A stretch of DNA of 46,919 nucleotides from Lama guanicoe. Lineage: Eukaryota. A program made the position numbers and the translations under genes. Every line of letters starts with the position of its first letter. The first letter of the stretch is position 1. The stretch covers positions 124,001 through 170,919 of the forward strand of contig MU053065.1 of assembly GCA_013239625.1 (NCBI GenBank), given 5' to 3'. The notes under the pieces were generated by a model. That model was not told where the DNA came from. It did no database searches and was given only the letters and a program-made list of their open reading frames with translations. Positions 1-11,556 of this stretch are shown here, piece by piece.

Positions 1-1614
1 TCACCGCGCATTCTTTACAGAGATTGCTTGTCCAGGAGTCGGTGTAAAAGGCTGATGTGGCCAAGATCAGGTTTTGGTCATCAGGAGAGTGAGTTAGAGT
101 CCCTCTCTTTTAGGGTCCAGACTTCATTCTCAGAACTGCTGGTGAAGATCTGTGCTCCTGGCTCTTTGTCTTGCGGTAATTTTAAGCCAGAAGCTGGCAT
201 GATGGACTGCTGGGCGTCTCTGCAGTGACTGTTGCAATATATTGTCATCACGGAAGTGTTGAAAGGTAACATCCACTAACAGGTATCTTAAGCTGTTAGT
301 ATTTTCAAATCCATTCGCTAGGTCCATTATACATATTTGGTAAACAATGCGTGGAACCTCAGCTTGTAAACCGTAATTTGAGGGGTAGTTACAATAGGAA
401 GCAAGACTAAATTCTTTTCTATTTTGAACCAATCCTGAAGCAGGGCTTCTGGACCAGCTTTCACCCTGGGAAGTTGAGGGACTGAGGCTGAACTACCTGG
501 GACGGGGCTGAAATAATTACAGAGAGGTCACGGGCCATCTGCTTTCTTAGGAATACTCAGTGGTGCTCCTCAATACCAGAGAGCTGTGACCTTGCAGGCT
601 TGGGAGCCTGAGTGGGACAGGATGCTGGGAATTTGCTGTGGCCAAAAGAGCCCCAGAGAGCCCTCGGTCACTTGAGTCCCTGGGGCCAGCCTGTGGCGAC
701 AGCTACCATCAGGAGAGATTTATTGTAGCCGAACCTCTTCCTGCTGCTCATCTCTCCCTAGTGGTCTGTACCCCAGTAGGACTCACACCAGCTGGACGCC
801 CGCCGTGAGACACCCCAAAGAGATGAGGGCACGTGTAGGAAGGAGTGGACCCTTGACGGGACGTGGACAGTACTTGCAGACCTCTCGCCCCCCCAGGGCT
901 TCCTGTCTGGCAGCAGACCGGACAGGGTTGCCCATCGATGTGCAGAGAAGCCATCTCCTCCTGCTTTTTAAAAAGAACATTCTGTGGTGAGATTTCTCAA
1001 ACTAGAGATTCTGGTGCCAGTGAGCTCTCTGTGAGAAAAAATTTGTATTTTTATTTAAATAGCAATAGAAGTGTATTCTGGATCATCTAAATGGTTCTCC
1101 TGCATGTTTAGTCTTGTGTTTGTGTTTAGAACTGAGTGAACACCGAGCAATTCTGTTTTAACCAGGGAGCTCGTGAGAAAGGACAAAAGCAGACTTCATA
1201 TATGAATGACACATTTATGCCGAGCGAGGGCCACGTAACATCACAGGAGGCTGGGGAACCAAACGGTTTGCAGAACCTTCAGGGAGAAAAGCGCCGGGGA
1301 GTTGCCTTCGCCCAGCGCCTGGCAGCCGCCCGACAGCAAGTCCCGCTGCAGCTGGTGACGAGGGAGGCAGGGCCATCGGTCACAGGAGACTAGACTCAGA
1401 ATCTAAAAGCTTCTGGCTTTATTGCTTGGTTCACACTCACTTTATAGGTTGGTATTTTTCCTTTTTCTTTTCAGGCTGGTATTTTTTATAGTCACATAAG
1501 CTCATTAAGCAGGAGTCTGTACTTAGTTGCACGTGCAGGCAGGGATGGTGAACGAGCCTGGATGCGGGGCCGACTTTCTGGGTCTCAGTCTGAGCTGGGT
1601 AACACCAGGAAGGC

Positions 1615-1750
1615 TCTTTGTGCCCTAATTTCTTCATCTGAGGGAGAATAATGGTAGTGTCTACTATTTGGAGGAGTAACGACATACCTGTAAATTATGA
1701 GACTAGTGTCCCGGCCGGCTAGGGGTCCCTATGGTAAATACAATTTAGTT
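1615..1750 (+). mobile_element. MIR SINE fragment
   Basis: tgtgccctaatttcttcatctgagggagaataatggtagtgtctac resembles the MIR core ctgtgcctcagtttcctcatctgtaaaatggggataataatagtacctac. Confidence 0.6.
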
Positions 1751-1814
1751 CAGAAATAAGTGAAGATCCAGCAGTGTGAGAAGTCTTCTCTGTTGGATAA
1801 ATTAAAGTGTATAA

Positions 1815-1995
1815 AATAATAAGTAACACTTACATAGCATATCATGTTTCTAAAGAACTTTTTCAGATCTATCATTCTACTTAGTCTTCAAAGTCTGCCC
1901 TGAAAGTTAGATAATATATATTTGTATTTGTTGTTGTTGTTAGTTATGAAGATGAGGAGGCTAAAGCTTGGACCACTGAAGTGATGTGACTTGAA
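1815..1995 (-). mobile_element. MIR SINE fragment
   Basis: ataataagtaacacttacatagc ... gatgaggaggctaaagcttgg ... gtgacttg matches the reverse MIR tail and core. Confidence 0.55.
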
Positions 1996-2624
1996 AAATA
2001 TATGTTTGTTATGAGCATTTGATATTTTTTTCCCTCGAGGGGGATGAAGGAATATTTTGTAAGCAAACTTTTTCCATTTTCTTTTGGGTTGCTAGGAAGT
2101 TCAGAGATAATTTTGTGCTCAGTGCATGTTAGCACTTGTCTAGTATTTATTGGTCTGGACACCTATGTTACAGTTTCTCTCCTGGTCTTGGTTTTCTGTT
2201 CTAATTTGTATTTTCTCTGATCTTGAAAATTTAGGCACAATTTTATTCTTTGCAATGTTTATCATCTGCCACATATACATTTTGGAAAACTTTGAGCTAT
2301 AAATATGTAGTTTCTCTATTCCTCTTTCCCCGTCTAATTTTAAAGTCCACCACATCACCTCTACAGTGGACTTAATTAATTAGCATTTGAAAAGCGGCGC
2401 TCTCCATCATATTGGGGGGAGGGTAACTCCAGAGTCCATTTGTATTCTGGAGAACAAGGTATTATTGTGTGTTGATGCTGGGCTTCACCCAACTGCTTAA
2501 AGTTGAAAATGCAAGAAGAAAACCAGCCTTCCTCTAGTGGGAGCCACAGTCTGACTGGGAGGCATGAAAGCAGTAGATACATTTGAGATACTCCTTCATT
2601 TCCATTCACCAGTTCCATTCCTGA

Positions 2625-2650
2625 GTGTGTATGCGTGTGTGTGTGTGTGT
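2625..2650. repeat. (TG)n microsatellite
   Basis: gtgtgtatgcgtgtgtgtgtgtgtgt. Confidence 0.9.
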
Positions 2651-3009
2651 TACAAGAAGTCATTTGAAAAAACAAGCATGATGTTCATCTATTCAGACTG
2701 GCCTTATTTTGGAACCATCTTCTTTTCATGTAAATAGATTTACTTTTTTTTAACAAGGCCATTAATGCCATTTTCCTAGTAACACTTGAGTATGTCAATA
2801 ACATTACTTTTGTCAAGAGAGCACTTAAGTAATTACTGCATTTTCTAGTGTAAAGTATCTTCCCAGTGTTTAAAGAATAACGCCCACACATCTAACGAGA
2901 AAGGTCCAGATACATAGGGCACATTTTTTGCTTTCAACAATAAATGTTGCACGTCTTCAAAGATTGAAATTTTCTTTTAGCCTTGGGCCACGGAGACAGA
3001 CTGAGAATC

Positions 3010-3270
3010 CAGGAATTTAGAGATGGAAGGTAGTTTGTTCAGCCCCCTAATCCAACACTGAAATACCTTCCACGGTATTCCTGGCAGATGGGCATCCATC
3101 TGCTTGTATACTTCCAATGCTGGGGAGCTCATTATCGCCCGAAGCAACACATAAATTCTTTCTTATTTGAGCTAAAATCAGCCTTTAACTTCTATCCATG
3201 GGTCCTGGTTATGTAGCAACACAGGAAGGCTTTTAAGAATTTGAAGACAGCTACAACATCTTCCCAAAGG
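3010..3270 (+). mobile_element. L3/CR1 LINE fragment
   Basis: catctgcttgtatacttccaatgctggggagctcattatcgcccgaagcaac resembles the CR1/L3 motif ctgcttgaatacctccagtgatggggagctcactacctcccgaggcagc. Strand is tentative. Confidence 0.65.
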
Positions 3271-3764
3271 AAGATAAACTAGATTCTTCTAAATTAAGAC
3301 TTCTGCCTGGAATCTGGAAGAACGAGAATGGAAGTAAATGTTATACTATGCAACACCCAATACAAAATGTTTGTTGCAGTTGCAGCTACTAGGGTCTCAG
3401 ACGTGGGCAGAGCCCACCATGCAGTCCACTTCCTGAGTATGCCCCAGGGCTCACTTAGCGAGGAGTGGTCAGAAACCTGTCCTCGGCGAATAGAAATCCT
3501 GCTGTCTTGTCCCTGTGGCTGTTCAGAATTCCTTGAGAGGGCACACGCTTCTAAAAATTGCTGTGAGAGAAAAATTTAAAGGTTTTCCTTTAGATGGGAA
3601 AATTAAATGCACCAAAATATAAACTTTTTGAAAGTAGAAACCCTGTTCAATTTTTCGTTCTGTCCCCTATAGTGCTTAATATCCTACCTGGCAGATGGAA
3701 GCTGCTGGATGAATTATTGTTCTGTTGAGCTGAAAAAAAAGGACTGGTCACCATTATGTTGAAA

Positions 3765-3862
3765 TATATGTATTTGGGATATATATGCAATATAGGTATT
3801 CATGTATACATACATGTAGAGAGAGACATACATACATACACATACACATACACTTTTTTTTT
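3765..3862. repeat. Low-complexity (TA/CA)n tract plus poly-T
   Basis: atatatgtat...catacatacacatacacatacactttttttt. Confidence 0.75.
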
Positions 3863-5290
3863 AACCTTGAAGCACTTTTATAATATCCCAAAGTCATTTT
3901 GTAATAATTCATAGGCAGACTTAATGCCACTATTCAGGCAAAACTGTTTTCTGGATAAATTGTAAATCCCGAACACCTGAGGTAATACGAAAAGTGTCAT
4001 CTTATTTTTATGCCCTGAGGTGGCTGCATGGAGAAGGCAGCCCCTTTTCTCTGCATTTTCCATTGCTAAAGTGATTACACTTTGCTCCCAGGTAGGAGAC
4101 GCTGGCCCGACTCCTCATCCTCCCGCCTCTTCCTCCTGCCCCATCGTGATGCTTCCTCAGCTACTCTTGTTACTGGAGGCTAAGAAGGAAAACAGTGAGC
4201 GGGTGAACTCAAAGGCAGCTTCTTTAGTCCTGGCTTAGGGTCTCACCTGCCTTGACTTCAGTGACCTTTGAAAAGCATCCTTCACGCAGCTGGCTTCCCT
4301 CCTGGGGCCAGAAGCCCCCAGTTTTAGCCCGGCTTGCTGCTTCCTTGCACAGTGGTTTATATACAACCTGTGGTTTCATGGAAGCTGCCTAGGCTATTGT
4401 GAGATCCTATGAAGACAGGTGGACATGGAAAACCCGTATCAACCCAAATGCCACTCTTAGACGTGAGCATAGCACCCCTACTATCTCCGTACTGGTTACA
4501 AGCCTTTCCTCGCTCAGGTGAACGCCGGTCCCCCCAGGCCTTCAGCCACAGCGCAGGTCTGGAGGGGATCCAGGCTGAGCTCCGGGTGCCGACCCAAGCC
4601 AGGGTGTGAAGGCCCTCAGTCCCGACTCTGAAATTGCCATAAGTCACACACCCCTGCGATCTGCCCCCCACCCCAAGTCTGCCAGCCTAGGTGACGACCA
4701 CGTAACTGAGTTCGTTGTGTGTGAAATAGACAGAAAATACCTGATGTCAGAATGGACCCCAACTGTTAGAGGAGAATGTTCTACTGGAGCTTTTACTTGG
4801 CTGTGAACTCCAAAAGGCCAAGCCCTGGATTGTCTTGTTTCCTATTTTTTCTCCAGCGCCTGCACATAATAGGCACCAACGATTTCTCGAAGAAGCACTG
4901 GTTGCTGGTGCGGCTCATCTCCTCTGCTGGATGGTAAGTGGAAGCTGAGACACAGGGTGGGCATGAACTCGGCTCCCCCGGGAGGGATGGAGGCAGGGCT
5001 GCAGGAAGAGAGGCAGGCTGTGGTCTTTCTAAGGATGACCCGAGTTTCCGTTTTAATTTCTGTGGGAGTGGTATTCTGTATGCCCAGACTAATAAAACGG
5101 AGATGAGTGGGATCGAGGGAAGGGAGCTGCGCTATAATGCAGTTGTCGAGTGGCGGTGGGGCTTTTTACCATTAGGCGTAGTCTCTGCAGCAAGCTAGGC
5201 TGAGCAAGGTGCCGCTGGGAGGCCTGAAGGCTGTGCACCTCTGAACCCACATGCATGTGTATTTGCTCTTTGCCAACACTTGGCCATAAA

Positions 5291-5353
5291 GTCACTAGGC
5301 AAAACCATTGCTAATATCATTAGGCAATTTTTGTCATTAGGCAAAACCATCGC
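5291..5353. repeat. Local duplication: two 21-bp copies plus a partial middle copy
   Basis: gtcactaggcaaaaccattgc (5291-5311), tcattaggcaa (5317-5327), gtcattaggcaaaaccatcgc (5333-5353). Confidence 0.85.
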
Positions 5354-5789
5354 ATCCTTCAAGGCACAAGCGAAAATCAAAGTATAATCCACAAACAGTT
5401 CTCTTTCCAATTTCAATTCCGCTTCTGAACTGGTTCTGTTAGACATCATTCTTTAGGAATGAACCATTTATCCCCAAACCGCCCATCCCAGGTGGCAAGA
5501 AGAACACAGAGGTACATTATCATTTAATCTGGAGTTTGAGTGTAGTCCTGTGGCGGGATTTCTGCATTTGAATACTGTGTGGCAAGAAGGATATTCAATC
5601 AGGCTCTTGCTTCCTTCAGACTCATTCTCTCAAATGTGAACCCCAACTTCAGCTTAGGTTTGCGAAGGCTTCAACTTAGCGAGGACGAACGCTTCATATT
5701 GCCAGTTAGGTCACTTTGTCTGACTCATTTGGACTGTCCACAGAGGCCAGTTTGACTTGCCGGAATTGCAGGCCCACTAATTCCTACTC

Positions 5790-6520
5790 CATGTCCTTCC
5801 GTTCACTGAATGCCTTTACTAGCGTCTACTGCACTAGGCACTCTGCGGATACCGCAGCACACTATCCCCACGAACCTGTGACAGCCTTCACAGGGACCTT
5901 TGGAAAAGAGCAGTACGGAAACTTAAAATCACGTAGTCTTTGTGGCTATACCTGGGGCAAATCTGAAGAAGGAAGAAGCTAAAAATAAACCCAGGAGAGC
6001 AAGTTCATGGTCACCTGGTGAAGCATAAGCTCTGCTGAGGGCAAGCGAGATCTACAGAAGGGAGTGAGTGATTCTGTTGGGAAGGGACCAGACAGCAGGT
6101 TAGGGGAACTTCCAGTGGGAAGAGATTCCTACACTGGGTTTGGAAAGGTAAATAGGAAGCTGTATATCCGCGTGTATCAGGGGTGGAGGTGAGAATGGGA
6201 GATGGATTCTAGGCAGAATTCAACGTGTTAAAGGCACGGAGGCATGAGACTGGAGGACAAGGGAAGAAACACTAGATATTGCTGGACTGTGAGATGGGCA
6301 GTAGCAGGAGGTGGGTGAGACAGGAGAAGTGAGTGAGAACTTACGCACTGTGCTAAGGAGCTGGGGACTCACTTTTACCTTAGAGGCCATACAAGGTTGT
6401 GAAAGGGTTTTAAGCCAGGGTGTGAAGTAGCTTAAATGGCAGCCATTTGTGGACGTGTTGGAGGGAGGTCAGTTAGAAGACTGTCGGAACAGTTTCTAAG
6501 AGATGGTGACATGAGGATGG
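5790..6520 (-). mobile_element. L2 LINE fragment(s)
   Basis: Reverse L2 3' end (ttcactgaatgcctttactagcgtctactgcactaggcact) followed by purine-rich antisense L2 motifs (ctgggtttggaaaggtaaatagga; tgaaagggttttaagccagggtgtga). Confidence 0.65.
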
Positions 6521-7794
6521 CATGTGCCACTAAGCAAGTGAGGACAAGGCGCCCAGTCACTGTGTGCTCGAGTCAGCCCCACTTATGCGATGGGTCCATT
6601 ATGAACTTGTGATGAACCTTCAGAGGGGCTTTTGGAAAAGGCAGGTTGGTAAATTTAAGATCAAGGATTCTCCGTGGATATACCTCAAGCAAATACAAAG
6701 AAGGAAGAAGCTGACAAATCTGGAGAACAAGCTCCTTCCTGTGGACCCGGCCATCAAAGCTCAAATCCACTGGATTTAACCATGACACCCAAGCACATGG
6801 TAACCTGCCTAGCACCGCCCTGCAGCTGGCTGTCAGGGATGCTTCAGACAAGAGGTTCTAGGGGAGGGAGTCCCATTTCCAACCCTTCTGCTATTTCATT
6901 CAAGGCGTCAGCCTCAGATATAGCTCAGCCAGGCCAGCCTCATTCCCCTCTGACAGAGCCTTGCTGAAGAATCCAAAATTGTCTGGACTGACCTCCCCTG
7001 CCCCAGCCCTACCCGCAGTCAAGCTTAGGAAGTTAGTTTGCCTGGAATTAAATTTTGATTGACACATGGCACTGAGTTTCAGAAGTAGAGAAAGTGGACC
7101 ACAAGCAGGGAGTACTCAGAACTCTGCACTTAGTAGCAGAAGGAAGAGACAGGAAGGTGGTGGGGGACAACTTGGGTGAGTCTGGCCTTGCTGCCCACCT
7201 TCTGACTGCTAGAGGGCCCCTGGCTTCCAGGGGCACAGGCCTTAAGGAAGGGAAAGTCAGAATCACCTCGCAAGAAGAGGAGAAGCTGGGGTCCTTACTA
7301 GACCACAGTGCGGCTACCTCCAGGCCCATCAGCCGTCCCTCGGATCTTGCCGAGAGCAACTTCCCACCGCCCTGGTGTACAGGAGGAGCTCACTAGGCAA
7401 AGGAATAAAATGATGCACTTCACATAGATTGTGGGTTTCTTCCCAAACACGTAAACCTCTGTGGTCCCACTGAATTTGCATCCTTCCAGTAAAAGGGCGC
7501 AGGATCCATGCTCAGAATTTCAGAGTTTGAAATAAACTTAGAGATTATTCAGTCAGCTTCCCTCACCTTTATACACGTGGACAATGAAACGGAGGGATAT
7601 GAAGTCACTTGCCCAGGGTCCCAGGGATGTCCCTCACTCTCCAGGGTGCTTTCTGCTTGGCCCATGCTGCCTTTTGTCCTCTTTGCAAACGAGGTCCCAC
7701 ATGAGAGAGTACAGCTGGAATTAGAAATAGTTCTGTGCAGCCTGTTCACCCCAGGGTGTGGCTGGCTTATGGGGGATCCTAAACTGTAGCAAGC

Positions 7795-7935
7795 TTCCTC
7801 ATCTGTGAAATGGGGATAGTGTCACCTTCACATCTGCCTTGCAAAGGTGGTGTGAGGTTATTGGAAACCACATTCGCGTAAGTGCCGTAGTGCTGGCACA
7901 CAGTAGGTGCACTCCTGGCACACAGTAGGTGCACA
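7795..7935 (+). mobile_element. MIR SINE 3' half with a duplicated tail motif
   Basis: cttcctcatctgtgaaatggggatagt core. ctggcacacagtaggtgcac is present twice (7893-7912, 7915-7934). Confidence 0.8.
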
Positions 7936-8599
7936 GGATGTTTTCCCTAAGGAGCATTCGCCAAGCCCAGCACATGGAGGTGGGGGATGGGAAGCCAGAA
8001 CTCTTGGGACCCACATTCCTCCCTGCAGCTTGGGTGGCAGAGGAGTGGGAGAGCCCGGTGGTTAGCCCTCCCTGGGGAATGCAGTGTCATATAATATTCT
8101 CTAGTCCCAGTATCATGCTTTCATGCCCAAGACCCAACCCAGGATGTCTGGTAACCAACCCTTCGCTGAGAATATGACGAGGTTGTGGGTGGGCTGATAG
8201 TTGAGTGTGGGGTCCCAGGCGTGGAAGATGGGAGGGCTCTGTCATCAGTTCGTTGTTTGCCCAAGACAGAGACCATGTGGGTGGTAAAGGAGGAACTCAA
8301 GTCTGAGGAGGTCATGTGTCCTTGGACCGCCTTCCTCAGGATCCCCAATTCCCCAGATCCTCCTGAGGGCAGCTGTGACGTAGTAAAATGAGCCATGACC
8401 ACATGTTAGAAAGCTTGGTTGCCCTCTTGGTCCTCCACTAGCCACCTCGTTCACGTGGAGCCTTGGGATCCTAGGCTGGTCCCTTCACCCTCCTAGCCTC
8501 GGGGTCCTCATCCGTGACATGCGGATGACAGCTCCTCCCAAGATGTTTGTATTCATAAAATAGCGCCCTGGAACTACTAAATGCAAGCTGTCTCTCTTC

Positions 8600-9920
8600 A
8601 GCCCCCTGGAACAGTTTGTTCTTTTCTCTCCCTTAAACCTCGCGCTCTCCATCCTCGCCGCCACTGAGGCCACAGTCCCCAGTAAGCGGCACGCTGGTCC
8701 CTCGCGCTGTTCCCCAAAGCCCCACCAGGAGGCGCCCTTTGCCCGCCGAAGCGGGCCGGGCTCGAACTCCTCGGGGCCGGGGTGGGCGCCCCTTTGCGCA
8801 GGGCGGTGCAGGGTGCGGGCTGCGCCGGGGTCCCCCGGAGGTCGATCCACCGCAGTGCCGGCACTTCGTCCCGCGGCCACTCGGCCGCGCGCGCCCCTCG
8901 TGCCACTGCCGGCGCCGCGTCCCCAGCCCCGCGCCTGCTGCTCGGCCTCGGCCCCCCCGGGGCGGCGGCANNNNNNNNNNNNNNNNNNNNNNNNNNNNNN
9001 NNNNNNNNNNNNNNNNNNNNNNNNNNNNNNNNNNNNNNNNNNNNNNNNNNNNNNNNNNNNNNNNNNNNNNNNNNNNNNNNNNNNNNNNNNNNNNNNNNNN
9101 NNNNNNNNNNNNNNNNNNNNNNNNNNNNNNNNNNNNNNNNNNNNNNNNNNNNNNNNNNNNNNNNNNNNNNNNNNNNNNNNNNNNNNNNNNNNNNNNNNNN
9201 NNNNNNNNNNNNNNNNNNNNNNNNNNNNNNNNNNNNNNNNNNNNNNNNNNNNNNNNNNNNNNNNNNNNNNNNNNNNNNNNNNNNNNNNNNNNNNNNNNNN
9301 NNNNNNNNNNNNNNNNNNNNNNNNNNNNNNNNNNNNNNNNNNNNNNNNNNNNNNNNNNNNNNNNNNNNNNNNNNNNNNNNNNNNNNNNNNNNNNNNNNNN
9401 NNNNNNNNNNNNNNNNNNNNNNNNNNNNNNNNNNNNNNNNNNNNNNNNNNNNNNNNNNNNNNNNNNNNNNNNNNNNNNNNNNNNNNNNNNNNNNNNNNNN
9501 NNNNNNNNNNNNNNNNNNNNNNNNNNNNNNNNNNNNNNNNNNNNNNNNNNNNNNNNNNNNNNNNNNNNNNNNNNNNNNNNNNNNNNNNNNNNNNNNNNNN
9601 NNNNNNNNNNNNNNNNNNNNNNNNNNNNNNNNNNNNNNNNNNNNNNNNNNNNNNNNNNNNNNNNNNNNNNNNNNNNNNNNNAGCCCTGCCTCTGCCCCCT
9701 GCAGGGATGACGGCCCCTTCCCCGCCCCGGCGCTTCTCCCCCGCACTCCGTCCCCCTCCGCTTGTCCAGTCGCCCCAGTCCCCGGCTACAGTGCCCCGTG
9801 CCAGCTCAGCCCTGGAGCCCACGAAGCCCCCTCCCCCTTGCCTCATTGCCATCTGCCTCGACTGCCCCGGCCCCTGCCCTGGACTCCGGCCACCCCCACC
9901 CCCACACGCCGTCTGGCTTG
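8600..9920. promoter_or_regulatory. CpG island / probable promoter
   Basis: GC and CpG density rise sharply toward the gap (e.g. cggccgcgcgcgcccctcg, ggcgccgcg, cggggcggcggca at 8880-8970) and C-rich CpG-bearing sequence continues after it. GC boxes (gggcgg, ccgccc) are present. Confidence 0.85.
8971..9681. other. Assembly gap (711 N) in the CpG island core, likely hiding a TSS and first exon
   Basis: The N run is seen directly. Dropout of very GC-rich first exons is typical of short-read assemblies; the hidden content is inferred. Confidence 0.95.
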
Positions 9921-11447
9921 TGGGGAGCAGCGTCCTATCAGAAATGACCCTCTTTCCCTGGACTAATGGGGCTCCCACCACTCCCACCCTCGTTCACCTG
10001 AGTGGGAAGTGAGGGAGAAACGCTAGAGACCTGCATTTGGGCGTGTGATGGGGGAGGGGGCTGGGCGGGCGAAGGGGGAGGGGAGCTGACTGAGCTCTCG
10101 AGTGAGGGCTGCCAGAGCGGTGAGCTGCTCAGACCTGGCCAGGGTGGAGGGCCAGCTTGCGACAGCTGGGACGGGGGTTTCAAGGCACCGACAGCACCTG
10201 TGTCTCTTTCCCTGGCTCCCTTGAGCTGGAGAAAGTGAGAGGGGAGGAGTTGGAGCCCAGGGAGAGTGGGCAGGGCCTTTGGGGTGGGGGAGCTGGCGGT
10301 TGGGGGAGGCCTTGGGCCCTCTGGACCGCCAGCCTGGCAGTGGCCCGGTGATGCGGCCGAGCTGCTCCCTCGCCGGACCTTTGGCTGCTCAGCTCTTGGC
10401 ATCTCTACTTTGTGCTGCCATCTTCCTCCTGGTGCTGTTGTCTGGTGATGCCACGAGGTGCCACCTCCCTGCCTCCCTCCAGTGGCTCTCCTGGGCATGT
10501 CTCCCAAGGGCCTGGGTTGTCTGGAGAGAGAAGGCAGCTTCGGGCTTGGCTGGGCCCCTGTGCCAGGCAGCAGGCGTCTGTCAAGCTGAGACTGGGAGGT
10601 CCCAGGACTGGCAGGGAGCCCTGAGCCCTGCCAGGAACAAAGAGAACTACCTTCACCTAAGCTCCCTGTGGGTCACCTGGGTGACAGTGACGCTTCCAGG
10701 AGCACCTGCCATCAGTGGGTATGGCATCCCCTGGGATAGAGGCTGTCTGGGTTGGCAGCGGGTGCCTGAGAGGGAAATCTGGTCCTGCTTGCTTGCTGAG
10801 CGTCTGTGCACGTGTGAGGGCCTGGAGAGGTCAGCTGTGCTCCAGCCCCGCCGGGGAGGAAGCCCTGGGAACTCCGCTGGGCATCGTCAGGCTCGTTGTA
10901 TTTGCTGAAGCTGCAGCTCATGCCTCGGCATTAATCAGGTTTATTATTTTCCTCACTGGCTGGATGTGTTCCTCAAGGTCACGACCCTTTGTAGAGTCAA
11001 TCTAATATGCACACATTGCAGTGTCTGGATTAGTTTAATTTTCCGTGTTTTGTTCATTTCTTGTGGAGCAAGGCTTCCATGGAGCTGTGGCCCGGGCTTG
11101 CCTGCCAGCCCCCCGCCTGCCTCTCCAGCTCCATCCGTGCCTGTCCTCCTCTGGGCCTGCCAGTGGAGACCAGAGAGGAGGCTGGTCCCTGGAGCTCTTG
11201 GGAGTGCCTGGTGGGGAGGAGTGCCTGGAGGGGGTTAGTGGGGTAGGGGGGTGACAGGAGATTTTGGTTTTCTATGTTTCCCCGTCCCCTAGGCGTCTTG
11301 ATCATTGGCTGGCATTCTCCCCAGCACCAAAAGTTCTTCCTAGAGACCGGGTCTGCTTCTTGGTCTGGCTTGAGGATGGAGAGGGAACTTTGCGTGGTGG
11401 GAGAGAGGCAGAGAATCGCGGGAGAAGGTCCCAGCTGCCAGGATGCA

Positions 11448-11556
11448 GGGCCTCCTGGACCGAGAGCCTCAGCAGCCCCCAGTGTGGGTCTCAGCCCACT
11501 GGGTCCAGGAGGCCCGAGAGCCTCAGCCGCCCCCAGTGTGGGTCTCAGCCCAGTGG
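11448..11556. repeat. 54-bp tandem duplication with micro-inversions
   Basis: 43-nt direct repeats at 11460-11502 and 11514-11556 (2 mismatches). 11448-11461 gggcctcctggacc is the exact reverse complement of 11502-11515 ggtccaggaggccc. Confidence 0.95.

Noticed and set aside
130..432. 100-aa minus-strand ORF with protein-like composition
   Set aside because: No recognised homology and a non-ATG start; a BLASTX hit would be needed to call it a pseudogene.
6564..6790. Purine-rich exon-like ORFs (…KKLTNLENKLLPVDPAIKAQ… / MDIPQANTKKEEADKS…)
   Set aside because: No convincing acceptor and no recognisable protein.
8485..10012. Long ORFs (323-500 aa) across the CpG island
   Set aside because: Artefacts of translating 711 N; the flanking residues are low-complexity GC-rich frames with no recognisable protein.
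9707..10012. ATG after an acceptor-like ccccctgcag|gg giving a Pro-rich 101-aa frame
   Set aside because: The composition is explained by the C-rich island edge; no recognisable domain or downstream donor.
11448..11556. Repeat-spacer-repeat pattern as a CRISPR-like array
   Set aside because: Only two copies in a mammalian context, and the 'spacer' is an inverted copy of adjacent sequence.
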